A stretch of DNA of 64,000 bases from Thermoguttaceae bacterium (GTDB lineage Bacteria > Planctomycetota > Planctomycetia > Pirellulales > Thermoguttaceae). The notes beneath the pieces were generated by a model. That model ran no database searches. It worked only from the letters and a program-made list of their open reading frames with translations, and had not been told where the DNA came from. The DNA lies in NCBI GenBank assembly GCA_963674835.2, contig CAXXKC010000003.1, forward strand, positions 1,736,842 through 1,800,841, given 5' to 3'. Shown here one piece after another: positions 44,244-54,652 of the stretch. Every line of letters starts with the position of its first letter. The stretch's first letter is position 1. Position numbers and translations under genes: made by a program.

Positions 44244-46223
44244 ATGAGCACTCGGGGTATTGGATACGTCGCGATATTGTTGCTGGGCAGCCTGGCGATG
44301 AGTGCTCTGGGAGAACCGGCGGTTGCCGCAGAGTCTTTCGAGAAGGTCATTCTCAATGGGGCGACGATTGTGGTCGATCCCGATGAGCCATCGTACGTGA
44401 GGTTTGCGGCTGACGAGTTGACCGCTTATCTCAAGGAGTCGACTAGCGGGAATGTGGCGACGGAGGGATCTTCGCCGGCACGCATCGTGGTGGGTGCCAA
44501 GATGGTGGGAGAAGTGGATCCCCAAGCCCTTCCGGAGGCGAAGCTCGGATTGGAAGGATATCGACTGAAGTGCGTGATTCGGGATGGCGTTGCACAGGTG
44601 TTTGTGACGGGGAGAGAGCCCCGGGGAACGAAGGCGGCGCTGGCAGCACTGATGAAGGCCGTTCGGATCGATGGGCGGGCGGCGGTCGTGCCGGCATCGC
44701 TTGATGTGCAAGGCAAGCCGGCGTTTGCGAGGCGGGGCATGCATCTGAACGGCTGGCCGCTGAACTACCCCTATTCGTTCCGCAACTGGCGAGAAGAGGA
44801 TTGGCAGCGTTATGTGGATCTTCTCTCTTGCCAGGGGGTCAATCTGTTCTATCTGTGGCCCTTCATGGAGATCATGCCGGTTCCATTGTCGTCGGAGGAT
44901 CGAGCGTATCTGGAGGAAAGCCGCCGGTTGGTGGAGTATGCGCAGAAGAAGCACGGCATGGAGGTCTGGATCATGCAGTGCACGAACCGCGTTGCGCGAG
45001 ATCGGTGTGGGGTGGCAGATCCGCGGCTGCGTCCCTACTGGCGCCCTTCGCAGGTGGATCTGAACCCGGGGAAGCCGGAGGATCTGCGGGCGATCCTGGA
45101 GTCGCGCGAGACGATGTATCGCATTCTGGACAACGTGGACGGAGTGTGCAACATCGATTCGGACCCGGGGTTCTTTCCCGGCAGCCCTATGAGCGACTAC
45201 GTGAAGGTGCTTCAGGAGTGCCGCACGCTGTTGGATCGGTATAACCTGCACGGGAAGCAGGCCAAGCTGGTTCACTGGATGCTTTGGGGTTGGGGACGGG
45301 CTGAGAAGATCCAGCGTGAAGGCCTGGCCGAACACGAGTTGGCGGAGTTGCGGGCGGTGAAGCAGGGGCTGTCGGAGAGGTTCTGGCTCATTTCGGGTCA
45401 GTTCCCGGAGTACCTGCCGATGTGTCGCGACGAGGGGCTGATTTCGCGAACGATCCATCTGCCGTACGGGGCGATCGAGGGCGAGCCGGCGTATCCGCAA
45501 ACGCAAGTACGGATCGATCCGATCCGCGCGATGTTCGACGGCCCGGACGCCCAGATGCCGGAATTGGCGGGCATTATGGGGAATGTGCAGACTCCTCTGT
45601 TGCAGTTCCCGAACTGGTTCTTTTTCACGTCGGTCATGAGCGACTTCGATTATCGGAAGCGTTCGGAATCGGAGGTCCTGCTGGATCTGGCCGAGTGTCT
45701 GTATCCCGAGCACAAGGAACTGATCGCCGACAGTTTCTCGGCACTGAAGGCGTCCGATCCCGGTCGGATCGAATCGCTGGCCGGTCGACTGGAGGACGTT
45801 TTGCGGAAGGGCGGCCTAAAACGGTTGGGGGTTCTGGGGCGGAAACTGTTTCCGGATCCGGGGATCGTGGCGACGAGTCTTTGTTTGCAGTTGAGGCTGC
45901 GAGCGGCCCATCAGCGGCTCATGGGAGGCACGGCAACTGCCGCCACGAAGGAGGAGTGTGCGCGGCTGTTGGGTGACTATTTCGACGCGTACATCGCTTG
46001 GGATCTGGCCCACGGTTGGCACAAGCTTTGGGGCTGGGACACGTGGCCGCTACCAGACTTGCCAGTGGCGACGCTGGCGGAGAACTTACGGAAGAGCTTG
46101 CACAACGGGGAGGATGTGGATGCCTGTTTGGACGCCGTGGCGCGTCGATTGTCGGGAAAGCACGATGCTGCGATCGTCCAGGGCGGTTGCATCACTCCTC
46201 TAAGAAGTGCCCTGGGGCGCTGA
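44244..46223 (+). CDS. Secreted putative glycoside hydrolase (family not recognised)
   Basis: ATG 44244 follows GGAG (MSTRGIGYVAILLLGSLAMSA). An N-terminal alpha/beta module is followed by a TIM-barrel-like region (RGMHLNGW..VNLFYLWPF..GMEVWIMQ). Confidence 0.45.
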   Translation: MSTRGIGYVAILLLGSLAMSALGEPAVAAESFEKVILNGATIVVDPDEPSYVRFAADELTAYLKESTSGNVATEGSSPARIVVGAKMVGEVDPQALPEAKLGLEGYRLKCVIRDGVAQVFVTGREPRGTKAALAALMKAVRIDGRAAVVPASLDVQGKPAFARRGMHLNGWPLNYPYSFRNWREEDWQRYVDLLSCQGVNLFYLWPFMEIMPVPLSSEDRAYLEESRRLVEYAQKKHGMEVWIMQCTNRVARDRCGVADPRLRPYWRPSQVDLNPGKPEDLRAILESRETMYRILDNVDGVCNIDSDPGFFPGSPMSDYVKVLQECRTLLDRYNLHGKQAKLVHWMLWGWGRAEKIQREGLAEHELAELRAVKQGLSERFWLISGQFPEYLPMCRDEGLISRTIHLPYGAIEGEPAYPQTQVRIDPIRAMFDGPDAQMPELAGIMGNVQTPLLQFPNWFFFTSVMSDFDYRKRSESEVLLDLAECLYPEHKELIADSFSALKASDPGRIESLAGRLEDVLRKGGLKRLGVLGRKLFPDPGIVATSLCLQLRLRAAHQRLMGGTATAATKEECARLLGDYFDAYIAWDLAHGWHKLWGWDTWPLPDLPVATLAENLRKSLHNGEDVDACLDAVARRLSGKHDAAIVQGGCITPLRSALGR

Positions 46224-46259
46224 CGTTTCTTTCTTCTTGACCGTTACAGGAACAACTCG

Positions 46260-48308
46260 ATGTACTGTCGCGCACTTATCGTGATCGTTGGGGTCAGTAT
46301 GGTCTCGTCGGCAACGGCTGCGGAGGGTGCGGACCGTAGCGTGATGGATCGCTCGCGAGCGTTCGTCGAGTCGCACTTCGCGTCGGGCAAGCAGACGATT
46401 CGGCCGTTCTCGTTTGTCTACGATGGTCGGCCATCGGCAGAGCTATTGCCGACGTGGGATACGCAGTTAGCCGTGGAGAGGCTGGACGAGCATCGCACGC
46501 AGCGCACGCTGATCTTCGCCGATCCCAAGACGGGCCTGCGCGTTCGATGCACGGTCACAGAATACGCGGACTTTCCGGCGCTTGAATGGGTGCTGCACTT
46601 GAGAAACGATGGGGCCGCGGACACTCCTATCGTCGAGAACATTCAGGCTCTCGACACGGCGATGAGTGTGGAGCCCGGCGGTGTATGCCGGCTTCATTAT
46701 GCTGAGGGAAGCCATGCAATCATTACCGATTTTCGACCCTTGGAGAAGACGCTGGCGGTCGATGATCGGGTGTCGTTGGCGTCCTTTGGCGGGCGTTCGT
46801 CGGACGGTTTTCTTCCGTTTTTCAACCTGACTCTTTCGGAGGGCGGCGGGGTGATCTCGGCCATTGGCTGGACGGGGCAATGGGCCGCCGAGTTCGCCCG
46901 GCCGAGTGACGCATCGGCTCGTCTGCGGGCCGGCATGGAGCGGACGCATTTCGTGTTGCATGCGGGAGAGGAGGTTCGCACGCCGGCGGTTCTGCTGATG
47001 TTCTGGTCGGATGCGAACTGGATGGAAGGCCAGAACCAGTTCCGGCGGTTGTTGCTGAGTCACTACACGCCGCAAGCCGGCGGCAAGCCGGTCGATCCGC
47101 CGGTGGCGTTCTCGCCGCATGCCGAGGTGTCTTTTGCGGGGACCACGGAACAGAACATGCTCGACATATTGGGTCGGGTGGCGGCGCACCAGTTGCCGGT
47201 CGACTATTGGTGGATTGACGCGGGCTGGTACGACTGCCGGGGAAGCTGGGCTCGCTGGGTCGGCAACTGGCAGCCGGATCCGGGCCGATTTCCCCACGGT
47301 TTGAAGCCGGTGGCAGACGCGGCCCACGGCAAGGGGTTGAAGTTCCTGCTGTGGTTCGAGCCGGAGCGGGTGATGCCGGACACTTGGCTTCAGAAGAACC
47401 ATGCCGAGTGGCTGTTGGCGCCCCCGCCGGCCGCCGATCTTCCGGCGGAGTTGCGTTACATGGCCAACGACGGGTTTCACTTGCTGAATCTTGGCGACCC
47501 GGCCGCCCTGGCGTGGGCCAAGCAGACGTTCGGCCGCGCGATCCGCGAGTGGGGCGTGGACGCGTACCGCAACGACTTCAACATGTATCCGCTCTACTAC
47601 TGGCGTCACGGCGAAGCGCCCGACCGGCAAGGAATCCGCGAGATTCGCTACATCACCGGTCTGTACGACTACTTTGACAGCCTGGTGCGGGAACATCCCG
47701 GGCTTCTGCTGGATGATTGCGCCAGCGGGGGTCGGCGGATCGATTTTGAGATGCTTCGTCGGTGCCTGGTCCTTACGCGCAGCGATTATCTGTGGGATCC
47801 TGTGGGCCAACAGTGCCATACGTTTGGACTGTCGCAGTGGATTCCGGTAACCGGGATTGGCGCGGCTTCGTGGGCGTCGTACGAGTGTCGGAGCGGCATG
47901 GGCTCGCATTACGTGCTGGCGATCAATACCACGGCGGCCACTCCCGCCGATTGGAAGGGACTGCAAGGGTTCTTGGAGCGATACCGAGCGATTCGGCATT
48001 TGTTCCAAGGCGATTTCTATCCCTTAAGCCCGTACAGCACGAGCCAAGATGCGTGGCTGGCCATGCAGTTTGACCGGCCGGATCTAGGCGAAGGTGTCGT
48101 GCAGGTTTTCCGGCGGAACGAGTGCACGGAGGACGCTTGGAGCGGGCGCTTGAGCGGTCTTGATCCGCAGGCGACGTATATCCTCACGGATTGGGACGGC
48201 GGCCAGCCTCAGCAGCGAACGGGCCGAGAGTTGCGGGAGGCAGGACTGAGCATCCAGGTGAGAACAAAGCCTGGTGCTGGCGTTGTGGTGTACCGGAAGG
48301 CACAATAG
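46260..48308 (+). CDS. GH36-like alpha-galactosidase
   Basis: DYWWIDAGWY, KFLLWFEPERV, YRNDFN and LLDDCASGGRRIDFE match the GH36 catalytic blocks. A signal peptide is present. Confidence 0.7.
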   Translation: MYCRALIVIVGVSMVSSATAAEGADRSVMDRSRAFVESHFASGKQTIRPFSFVYDGRPSAELLPTWDTQLAVERLDEHRTQRTLIFADPKTGLRVRCTVTEYADFPALEWVLHLRNDGAADTPIVENIQALDTAMSVEPGGVCRLHYAEGSHAIITDFRPLEKTLAVDDRVSLASFGGRSSDGFLPFFNLTLSEGGGVISAIGWTGQWAAEFARPSDASARLRAGMERTHFVLHAGEEVRTPAVLLMFWSDANWMEGQNQFRRLLLSHYTPQAGGKPVDPPVAFSPHAEVSFAGTTEQNMLDILGRVAAHQLPVDYWWIDAGWYDCRGSWARWVGNWQPDPGRFPHGLKPVADAAHGKGLKFLLWFEPERVMPDTWLQKNHAEWLLAPPPAADLPAELRYMANDGFHLLNLGDPAALAWAKQTFGRAIREWGVDAYRNDFNMYPLYYWRHGEAPDRQGIREIRYITGLYDYFDSLVREHPGLLLDDCASGGRRIDFEMLRRCLVLTRSDYLWDPVGQQCHTFGLSQWIPVTGIGAASWASYECRSGMGSHYVLAINTTAATPADWKGLQGFLERYRAIRHLFQGDFYPLSPYSTSQDAWLAMQFDRPDLGEGVVQVFRRNECTEDAWSGRLSGLDPQATYILTDWDGGQPQQRTGRELREAGLSIQVRTKPGAGVVVYRKAQ

Positions 48309-48371
48309 GTGAGAAGGCTGTTTGGGGATAAATCTCGGGGACACGATCGCATCTGACAAGGGGAACATCGC

Positions 48372-49580
48372 ATGGAAAGAACGACGCGGGGAAAACTGGC
48401 GATCGCGTGTGTCGGTGCGTATCGGAGTTGCAGCAGCCGGAAGATCCTGGGTTGTATCGCGGGGATGATCGTATGTGCGGGCGCCATGGCGCCGTCGGCG
48501 GCGTTCGCCGAGGAAAAGGGGCCAATCGGAAAGCAGACGCTGATCGACGTGTTGACGAAGGCCGGAAAGCCGGTCGAGATAGTGCGCAGCCATGACGGGT
48601 CGGAGATCATGATCCTCCCGTACGGCGGCCGGCTGCTTGGGTTGTTTTCGCCGGGGAGTGACGAGAACTTCTATTGGACGAATTCGGCGCTGGCAAGCGT
48701 TGAGACGGCCAAGGCTTTCTATGCCGGCCCGCAATGGCAGAACTCGGGCGGCGACCGCACGTGGTTGGCGCCGGAGGCGGACATCTTCTTTCCCGATTTT
48801 CCGAGCCTAGACAAGTACGTGCAGCCACGGCAACTCGACCCGGGGCAATACGAGGTGGTGAGGGCGGACGGAACGGTTCGATTGGTGAACCACCTGAGCC
48901 TGACGCTTTCGCGCACGCACGAGAAAGTGGAGCTGGAGATGGTCAAGTCGTTCGGGCCGGCTCCCAATCCGTTGCGGTACGAGCATGGCTTGCAGGGAGT
49001 GAAGGAGCTGGAGTACGCCGGCTATACGCAGTCGACCACTCTGGCCATCGAGGGGAGCGACGCAGCCCAGCGCGGTCCGGTCGGGTTGTGGAACCTAGTG
49101 CAGATGCCGCACGGGGGTGAACTGCTGATTGCGACGTATTCCCGGAGCCAACCGCGAATCGTCATGGGCAAGATCGGTTCGGATGATCTGGTGGTCGGCG
49201 ATCACCTGATTCGTTATCGCATGCGGGCGACTGGCGAGCACAAACTGTCGATCCGGGCGGTGGCAACGACGGGCCGGGTGGGATATCTCTACCAGGAGGG
49301 CGACCGCTGGGCATTGATCGTGCGCAACTTCTTCGTGAATCCGTCGGGTGAGTACGTGGACGTGCCGTGGAACGACGCCGGCAACCTGGGTTTCGGCGTT
49401 CAGGCGTGCAATGTCAACAGCGGCCTGGGGATGTTCAGCGAGCTGGAGTATCACATTCCGGCGATCGGCAAGGGCACGGGGCGCACTCGGTGCGCAGACA
49501 CGTCGGTAGTGTGGGCGTTCCGGGGACCGAAGGAGAGTATACTCCGTGTGGCGAAGCTGCTGCTCGGGCCGGAGGCGTAG
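48372..49580 (+). CDS. Secreted hypothetical protein
   Basis: A 402-aa ORF with coding-like composition and a signal-like N-terminus. NSGGDRTWLAPE is the only block that looks familiar, and I cannot name a family. Confidence 0.45.
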   Translation: MERTTRGKLAIACVGAYRSCSSRKILGCIAGMIVCAGAMAPSAAFAEEKGPIGKQTLIDVLTKAGKPVEIVRSHDGSEIMILPYGGRLLGLFSPGSDENFYWTNSALASVETAKAFYAGPQWQNSGGDRTWLAPEADIFFPDFPSLDKYVQPRQLDPGQYEVVRADGTVRLVNHLSLTLSRTHEKVELEMVKSFGPAPNPLRYEHGLQGVKELEYAGYTQSTTLAIEGSDAAQRGPVGLWNLVQMPHGGELLIATYSRSQPRIVMGKIGSDDLVVGDHLIRYRMRATGEHKLSIRAVATTGRVGYLYQEGDRWALIVRNFFVNPSGEYVDVPWNDAGNLGFGVQACNVNSGLGMFSELEYHIPAIGKGTGRTRCADTSVVWAFRGPKESILRVAKLLLGPEA

Positions 49581-49705
49581 GAATACTGCACGTTGTGCAG
49601 GTTCAACACGGGCACGAGACGGAAAGCGACTCACCCTTGCCCGTTCTTCCGCAAGCGGGCGAGGGGAGTTGGTTGCAGGAGGCGTCCTTCGCCGAAGGGA
49701 ACCGG

Positions 49706-50542
49706 CTACTGGAGGTACTTCTCGCCGAAGCGGGCGGAAGATTCGGTGCGGAAATCGGGCATCAGCGACATCAGAGAGGTGGTGCCGCCGTCAGCGACGA
49801 TGGTTTGGCCGATGATGTACCTCGCGTCGTCGGAGCAAAGGAAGACGGCGATATTGGCGATGTCCTGGGGCAGGCCGTAGTGGGCCACGGGAACCTTCTC
49901 GAAAGCCGCCTGCTGGGCCTCCTTCTCGTTGAAACCTGGTATGGCCACATGGTGGTTTTCGACGGCGACCCAGCCGGGTGCGATCGCGTTGACACGGATG
50001 CCGCGCCAGGCCAGCTCGATGGCGAGGACGCGTGTGTAGGCGATGATGGCGCCCTTGGTGCCCGCGTAGATCGTGTGTTCAGGTGCCGCTTGGAGGCCGT
50101 GAATGCTGGTCAGATTGCAGATGGCACCCTTGCCGCGGGTGAGCATATCTTCGACGACTTTCTGCGTGAGGAAATACTGCGCCCGGATGTTGACGTGGAA
50201 GAGCTTGTCGAACTGCTCGGGGGTGCACTTGAGGAACGGTTTGTTCAGCGTGATGCCGGCGTTGTTCACCAGGAGGTCGATGCCGCCGAGAAAGTCGATC
50301 GCCTTGCCGGCAAGATCCTGGACTTGGGAGACATCGTCGAAATCGGCCTGGATCATTTCGGCGCGGACGCCGAACTGGCGAGCCTGTTGGACGGCTTCTT
50401 CAGCCCCGCCGGCACTTCGGCCATAGTGGAAAACCACGTCGGCTCCCTGTCGAGCGAACTCGATGGCAATACCTTTTCCGATACCGGTACCAGCGCCGGT
50501 GACGAGGGCTCGCTTGCCCTGCAATTTTCCACTGTCGGCCAC
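49706..50542 (-). CDS. Short-chain dehydrogenase/reductase (SDR)
   Basis: Trimmed to GTG 50542 (GGGAGAA upstream). Contains TGAGTGIGKG, NNAG and YAGTKGA (the YxxxK catalytic motif). Confidence 0.85.
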   Translation of the reverse strand: MADSGKLQGKRALVTGAGTGIGKGIAIEFARQGADVVFHYGRSAGGAEEAVQQARQFGVRAEMIQADFDDVSQVQDLAGKAIDFLGGIDLLVNNAGITLNKPFLKCTPEQFDKLFHVNIRAQYFLTQKVVEDMLTRGKGAICNLTSIHGLQAAPEHTIYAGTKGAIIAYTRVLAIELAWRGIRVNAIAPGWVAVENHHVAIPGFNEKEAQQAAFEKVPVAHYGLPQDIANIAVFLCSDDARYIIGQTIVADGGTTSLMSLMPDFRTESSARFGEKYLQ

Positions 50543-50729
50543 GATCGTTTCTCCCAGAAGCGGCGAATAGGATCTCTGTGCGAGATCACCATGCACGGTG
50601 CAAACAGAAGGTAATGTACCGTGGCGTTGCCCCGTGTCAACAAGGGGGGGCATGGAGCCACCGGAATGTTGACGGGGTGGTGGTGGCGTGGTAACGTGTC
50701 GAGCTACCTTGAGCGAAGGAGGTTTTGCC

Positions 50730-52067
50730 ATGCGCCATTTTATTTTGTTGTCATTGATTGTCGTCGGTGTTGTGCTGAGTTGGCCTATTGCCGGCGCTGT
50801 GCAGGCGTCGGGGGAGATCGCTCCGGGGATTGTCGGCGACGGCGTTCACGACGATACAGCCGGATTGCAGGCCCTTCTGGATTCGGGGGAGCACGAGATT
50901 CGCGTTCCGGCGGCCAAGGTGTGCCTGTTGATTAGCAAGACCCTGAAGGTTCATTCAAATCAGAGCGTTGTGTTCGACCGCTACACGGTCATACGCATGA
51001 AGGCCGGGTCCGACCAGATCATGATCGCCAACGACGACCACGAGAAGGGAAATGAGAACATCTCACTTGTCGGCGGCATCTGGGACATGAACAACCTGGA
51101 GCAATCGCTCACCGAATACCAGGAGTGCCGGCAGAAAGGAACGAAGTTCGCTGACCGTGCCTACGATCCGGCATACTACATAGGCGTGCTCATGCGATTC
51201 AACCGGGTGAAGAACCTCAGCATTTGTGGTCTGACGCTGAAGGACCCCGTGACTTTCGGTATGCAGTTGGGGCATCTGCGGCAGTTCACCATCGCCGATA
51301 TCGTGTTCGACTACAACCTGCGAAGGACGAACATGGACGGGGTGCACTTGAACGGGGATTGCCGTTGGGGACGGATCGCCAACCTGAAGGGTACAACGAA
51401 CGACGACCTGGTGGCGCTGAACGCGGACGATGGCAGGTGGGGCGAGATGAGTCGGGGGGCGATCGAGGATGTCTCGGTGGACGGGATCTTCGCCGAGAAC
51501 GGTTACACGGCCGTACGGCTTCTCTCGGCCGGCTCGCCTATCCGGAGAATCCAATTGGCGAATATCTTCGGCACGTATCGATACAACGTCGTTTCGCTGA
51601 CCAATCACCGCGTGCACCCCGGTGCCGCGAGCACGTTCGAGGACATTTCCATCCGCGGCGTGTTTTGCTCGAAATCGGCTGTGGGAATGCAGGCCGATCC
51701 GGACAGGCCGGGTCCGTCGTTGCTTGGGTTGATTTGGATCGATGCCCCGGCGGTTGTGTCGTCGTTGACGATCTCCGATTTCCACCGCACGGAGACGGCC
51801 TGGGCTTGCGAGAATGTGTACATCGAGCGCGGGGTGACGGTCGGGTCGCTGCAGATGAGCGATGTGTCGGTCATCAACCGGTTGGCAGTGCCGCTAAACG
51901 TTTTGACGAATGAGGGGACGATCGAGCGGCTGTGCATGACTAACATCTATGCCAAGGCGGAGGGCGGTGCGGAGCGAGGGGCCATCTTGCGCAATGCGGG
52001 CACGATTCAGCAGCAGGCGCTCGGCCAGATTGTGACCGACAACGTGGCCACGGACATTGCCAAGTGA
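50730..52067 (+). CDS. Secreted pectate-lyase-fold / GH28-related beta-helix protein
   Basis: ATG 50730 follows GAAGGAGG. There is a signal peptide. GDGVHDDTAGLQALLDSG is the N-terminal signature of Pectate_lyase_3-type beta-helix proteins. Confidence 0.6.
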   Translation: MRHFILLSLIVVGVVLSWPIAGAVQASGEIAPGIVGDGVHDDTAGLQALLDSGEHEIRVPAAKVCLLISKTLKVHSNQSVVFDRYTVIRMKAGSDQIMIANDDHEKGNENISLVGGIWDMNNLEQSLTEYQECRQKGTKFADRAYDPAYYIGVLMRFNRVKNLSICGLTLKDPVTFGMQLGHLRQFTIADIVFDYNLRRTNMDGVHLNGDCRWGRIANLKGTTNDDLVALNADDGRWGEMSRGAIEDVSVDGIFAENGYTAVRLLSAGSPIRRIQLANIFGTYRYNVVSLTNHRVHPGAASTFEDISIRGVFCSKSAVGMQADPDRPGPSLLGLIWIDAPAVVSSLTISDFHRTETAWACENVYIERGVTVGSLQMSDVSVINRLAVPLNVLTNEGTIERLCMTNIYAKAEGGAERGAILRNAGTIQQQALGQIVTDNVATDIAK

Positions 52068-52266
52068 GAAGGATTGGCAGGGTCGGGTTTGCTGCGGGCT
52101 GGTTCGGCAAGACCGGGATTCAGCCAATGGGTTAGTGGAGACTGCCCGGAATCGGGGAGTTTACGCACGGGGTTCCGTTGTAGCGGCGGTGGCCGGCACG
52201 TGAGATAATGGCGGATGTGTAGGAGATGTCCACAACGACCGTCTGCTGAAAACAAGGAGACATGCC

Positions 52267-53622
52267 TTGAGTCGCCGCAAGTTCTTGAAGAGTGTGCTGG
52301 CCGCGGGTGCCTGCAGCACTGTGCCTTTTGCAGCGCCGGTCGTGTCGCTTCGGCAGGCGACGGCGGCCGAGTCGGTCGCGCCGCCGGCACGCTGGACGCC
52401 GAGCGAGGGGCCAAATCGTCCGATCGGTGAGGGCAAGGGGATCCGCCCGGGGCGCGTGGTTTGGGTTCACGATCCGAGCGTGGCGCGGTGGGACGGCGAC
52501 CCGGGCAGCGGCGGCTGGTATGAGGACAAGGCGACCGATCCGGCGGTGGCGGAGCGCATGCTTAGCCAGACGCTCCGATTGCTGACGGAGGCAGAGACGG
52601 ATGCGGCCGCGTGGGCGGGGCTCTTCCGGCATTTCAACCGTACGCACGGGCGTGGGGACGTCGGTTATCAACCCGGCGAGAAGATCGCGATCAAGCTCAA
52701 CCTGAACTGCTGCAAACGAGAGGCGGATCCCAAGCAGGGGGTCTTCAACACGCCGCAGTTGACGCTGGCGTTGTTCCGGCAATTGGTCCGGCATGCCGGG
52801 GTCCGCGACGCCGACATCGTCGTGTATGACGCCTCGCGTTTCGCGAGCGATGCACTCATTCTGCCGACGCGTGCGGAGTTGCCGGGCATTCGGTTCGGGG
52901 ATCGCGATGGGGGCGACGGTCGGTTTCGGGTCGAGCCGAACCTTGGGGTGGCCCTTCACTTCGGTGATCCGACGACGCCAGACAACGGCAAGACGTACCT
53001 GCCGGCATGCGTGACAGAGGCCACGTACCTGATCAACGGGGCGCTTTTGAAGGGGCACACGTTGGCGGGTGTGACGCTTCTGGCGAAGAACCATTTTGGG
53101 TCGGTCTATCGGCAGATCACGAAATCGAAAGACCCTCACAAGGGTTGGAACCCAAGCAACATGCACGACGCGATCCTCACGCCGAATCGACCGATGGGTA
53201 GCTACAACCCAATGGTGGACCTGATGGGCCACAAGGACCTCGGAGGCAAGACGGTGCTCTATCTGATCGACGCGATCTATGCGGCGCATAACCAGGGTGG
53301 GGTTCCGGAGAAGTGGCAGTCTGCGCCGTTTAACGGCCACTGGACGGCCAGCGTGTTTGCCTCGCAGGATCCGGTTGCGATCGAATCGGTCGCGGTGGAC
53401 TTTTTTGCGGCCGAGGCAAATGCGAAGTACATGATCGGCGCCGTGGACAACTATCTGCATGAGGCGGCGTTGGCCCACCGGCCGCCCTCGAAAACCCGCT
53501 ATGCGCCTGAAGGTCGCGACGCGATTTCGGAGAGTCTGGGCGTTCACGAGCACTGGAACAATGCCCAGAAGAAGCAGTACTCGCGGAATCTGGGGACGGG
53601 CCAAGGAATTGAGTTGGTCTGA
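52267..53622 (+). CDS. Tat-signal DUF362-family protein (second paralogue)
   Basis: TTG 52267 lies after AAGGAGA. Signal SRRKFLKSVLAAGA. KIAIKLNLN...NTPQLTLALFRQL is similar to the 37389 gene. Confidence 0.5.
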   Translation: MSRRKFLKSVLAAGACSTVPFAAPVVSLRQATAAESVAPPARWTPSEGPNRPIGEGKGIRPGRVVWVHDPSVARWDGDPGSGGWYEDKATDPAVAERMLSQTLRLLTEAETDAAAWAGLFRHFNRTHGRGDVGYQPGEKIAIKLNLNCCKREADPKQGVFNTPQLTLALFRQLVRHAGVRDADIVVYDASRFASDALILPTRAELPGIRFGDRDGGDGRFRVEPNLGVALHFGDPTTPDNGKTYLPACVTEATYLINGALLKGHTLAGVTLLAKNHFGSVYRQITKSKDPHKGWNPSNMHDAILTPNRPMGSYNPMVDLMGHKDLGGKTVLYLIDAIYAAHNQGGVPEKWQSAPFNGHWTASVFASQDPVAIESVAVDFFAAEANAKYMIGAVDNYLHEAALAHRPPSKTRYAPEGRDAISESLGVHEHWNNAQKKQYSRNLGTGQGIELV

Positions 53623-53753
53623 GCTTCGGGGCAATAGCCAAGCGGGCGATCCGGTGCTACGATAACCGGCATACTTGGTGCCAATCTCGAAATGGGGTAC
53701 GGTGGTCCTCAGTGGTCGAGATGATTGGCACGGTCGCTGGGAGGTAAGATGCG

Positions 53754-54617
53754 ATGGGTTACGGAACCAAGCTACGGGGTCTGTTGGACGGAACGGACTT
53801 GGTGATGGCGCCGGGTGCACCGGACGCGCTGACGGCGAGGTTGGTCGAGCAAGCCGGCTTTCCGGCAGTGTACATGACGGGCTTCGGTGCGACGGCAACG
53901 CTTATCGGCCGGCCGGACGTGGGCCTGCTGACGCAGACCGAGATGGCAATCCACGCGGGCAACATGGCTCGGGCGGTGGATTTGCCCGTAGTGGCCGACG
54001 CCGATACGGGCTATGGCGGGCCGGCGAACATCGAGCGAACGGTTCGGCAGTACGAGCAGACGGGCGTGGCGGCGATCCATCTGGAAGACCAGGCATCGCC
54101 CAAGCGATGCGGTCACATGGCCGGGGTGAAGCTGGTATCGCCGGAAGAGATGGAGCACCGGCTTCGGTGCGCCGTGGCGTCACGCGACAGTGACATGCTG
54201 ATTATCGGTCGCACCGATGCGGTGGCGGCCGTGGGGCTTCACGAGGCGTTGGAGCGAGCCCGTCGTTACCGTGACACGGGCGTGGATATCGTGTTCGTCG
54301 ATGCCGTGAAGTGGATCAAAGACGCGGAGGAGATCGGTCGGACCATCGAAGGACCACTAATCATCAGCATTGTCGAAGGGCATGAGACGGCCAAGTTGAA
54401 GCCGGAGGAGCTGAAGCAGATGGGCTTCTCGCTGGCGCTCTACCCGCTATCAACGCTGCTGATCGCCACGCGCGCCATCCAGGACGTGCTGGGTGAATTG
54501 CGCAACAGCGGTACTACGCATGGCCGCGTGGATCGCATGGCAAGCTACGGCGAGTTCTCGACGGTCGTCGATTTGGATCATTTTCGCAGTCTGGACGACC
54601 AGTTTGGCACGGGCTAG
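53754..54617 (+). CDS. Isocitrate lyase / PEP mutase superfamily enzyme
   Basis: APGAPDALTARLVEQAGF..YMTG and DADTGYG..IHLEDQ..KRCGH are present. 287 aa. Confidence 0.8.
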   Translation: MGYGTKLRGLLDGTDLVMAPGAPDALTARLVEQAGFPAVYMTGFGATATLIGRPDVGLLTQTEMAIHAGNMARAVDLPVVADADTGYGGPANIERTVRQYEQTGVAAIHLEDQASPKRCGHMAGVKLVSPEEMEHRLRCAVASRDSDMLIIGRTDAVAAVGLHEALERARRYRDTGVDIVFVDAVKWIKDAEEIGRTIEGPLIISIVEGHETAKLKPEELKQMGFSLALYPLSTLLIATRAIQDVLGELRNSGTTHGRVDRMASYGEFSTVVDLDHFRSLDDQFGTG

Positions 54618-54652
54618 GAATGAGGCGGGAGACAACGCGAAGGAGTTGACAC

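Noticed and set aside
43950-45713. N-terminal 587 aa of the 1138-aa minus-strand ORF 42297..45713
   Set aside because: This part is antisense to the plus-strand gene 44244..46223 and is Arg/His/Pro-rich noise. A signal peptide and the beta-helix repeats begin at ATG 43949, so the CDS was trimmed there.
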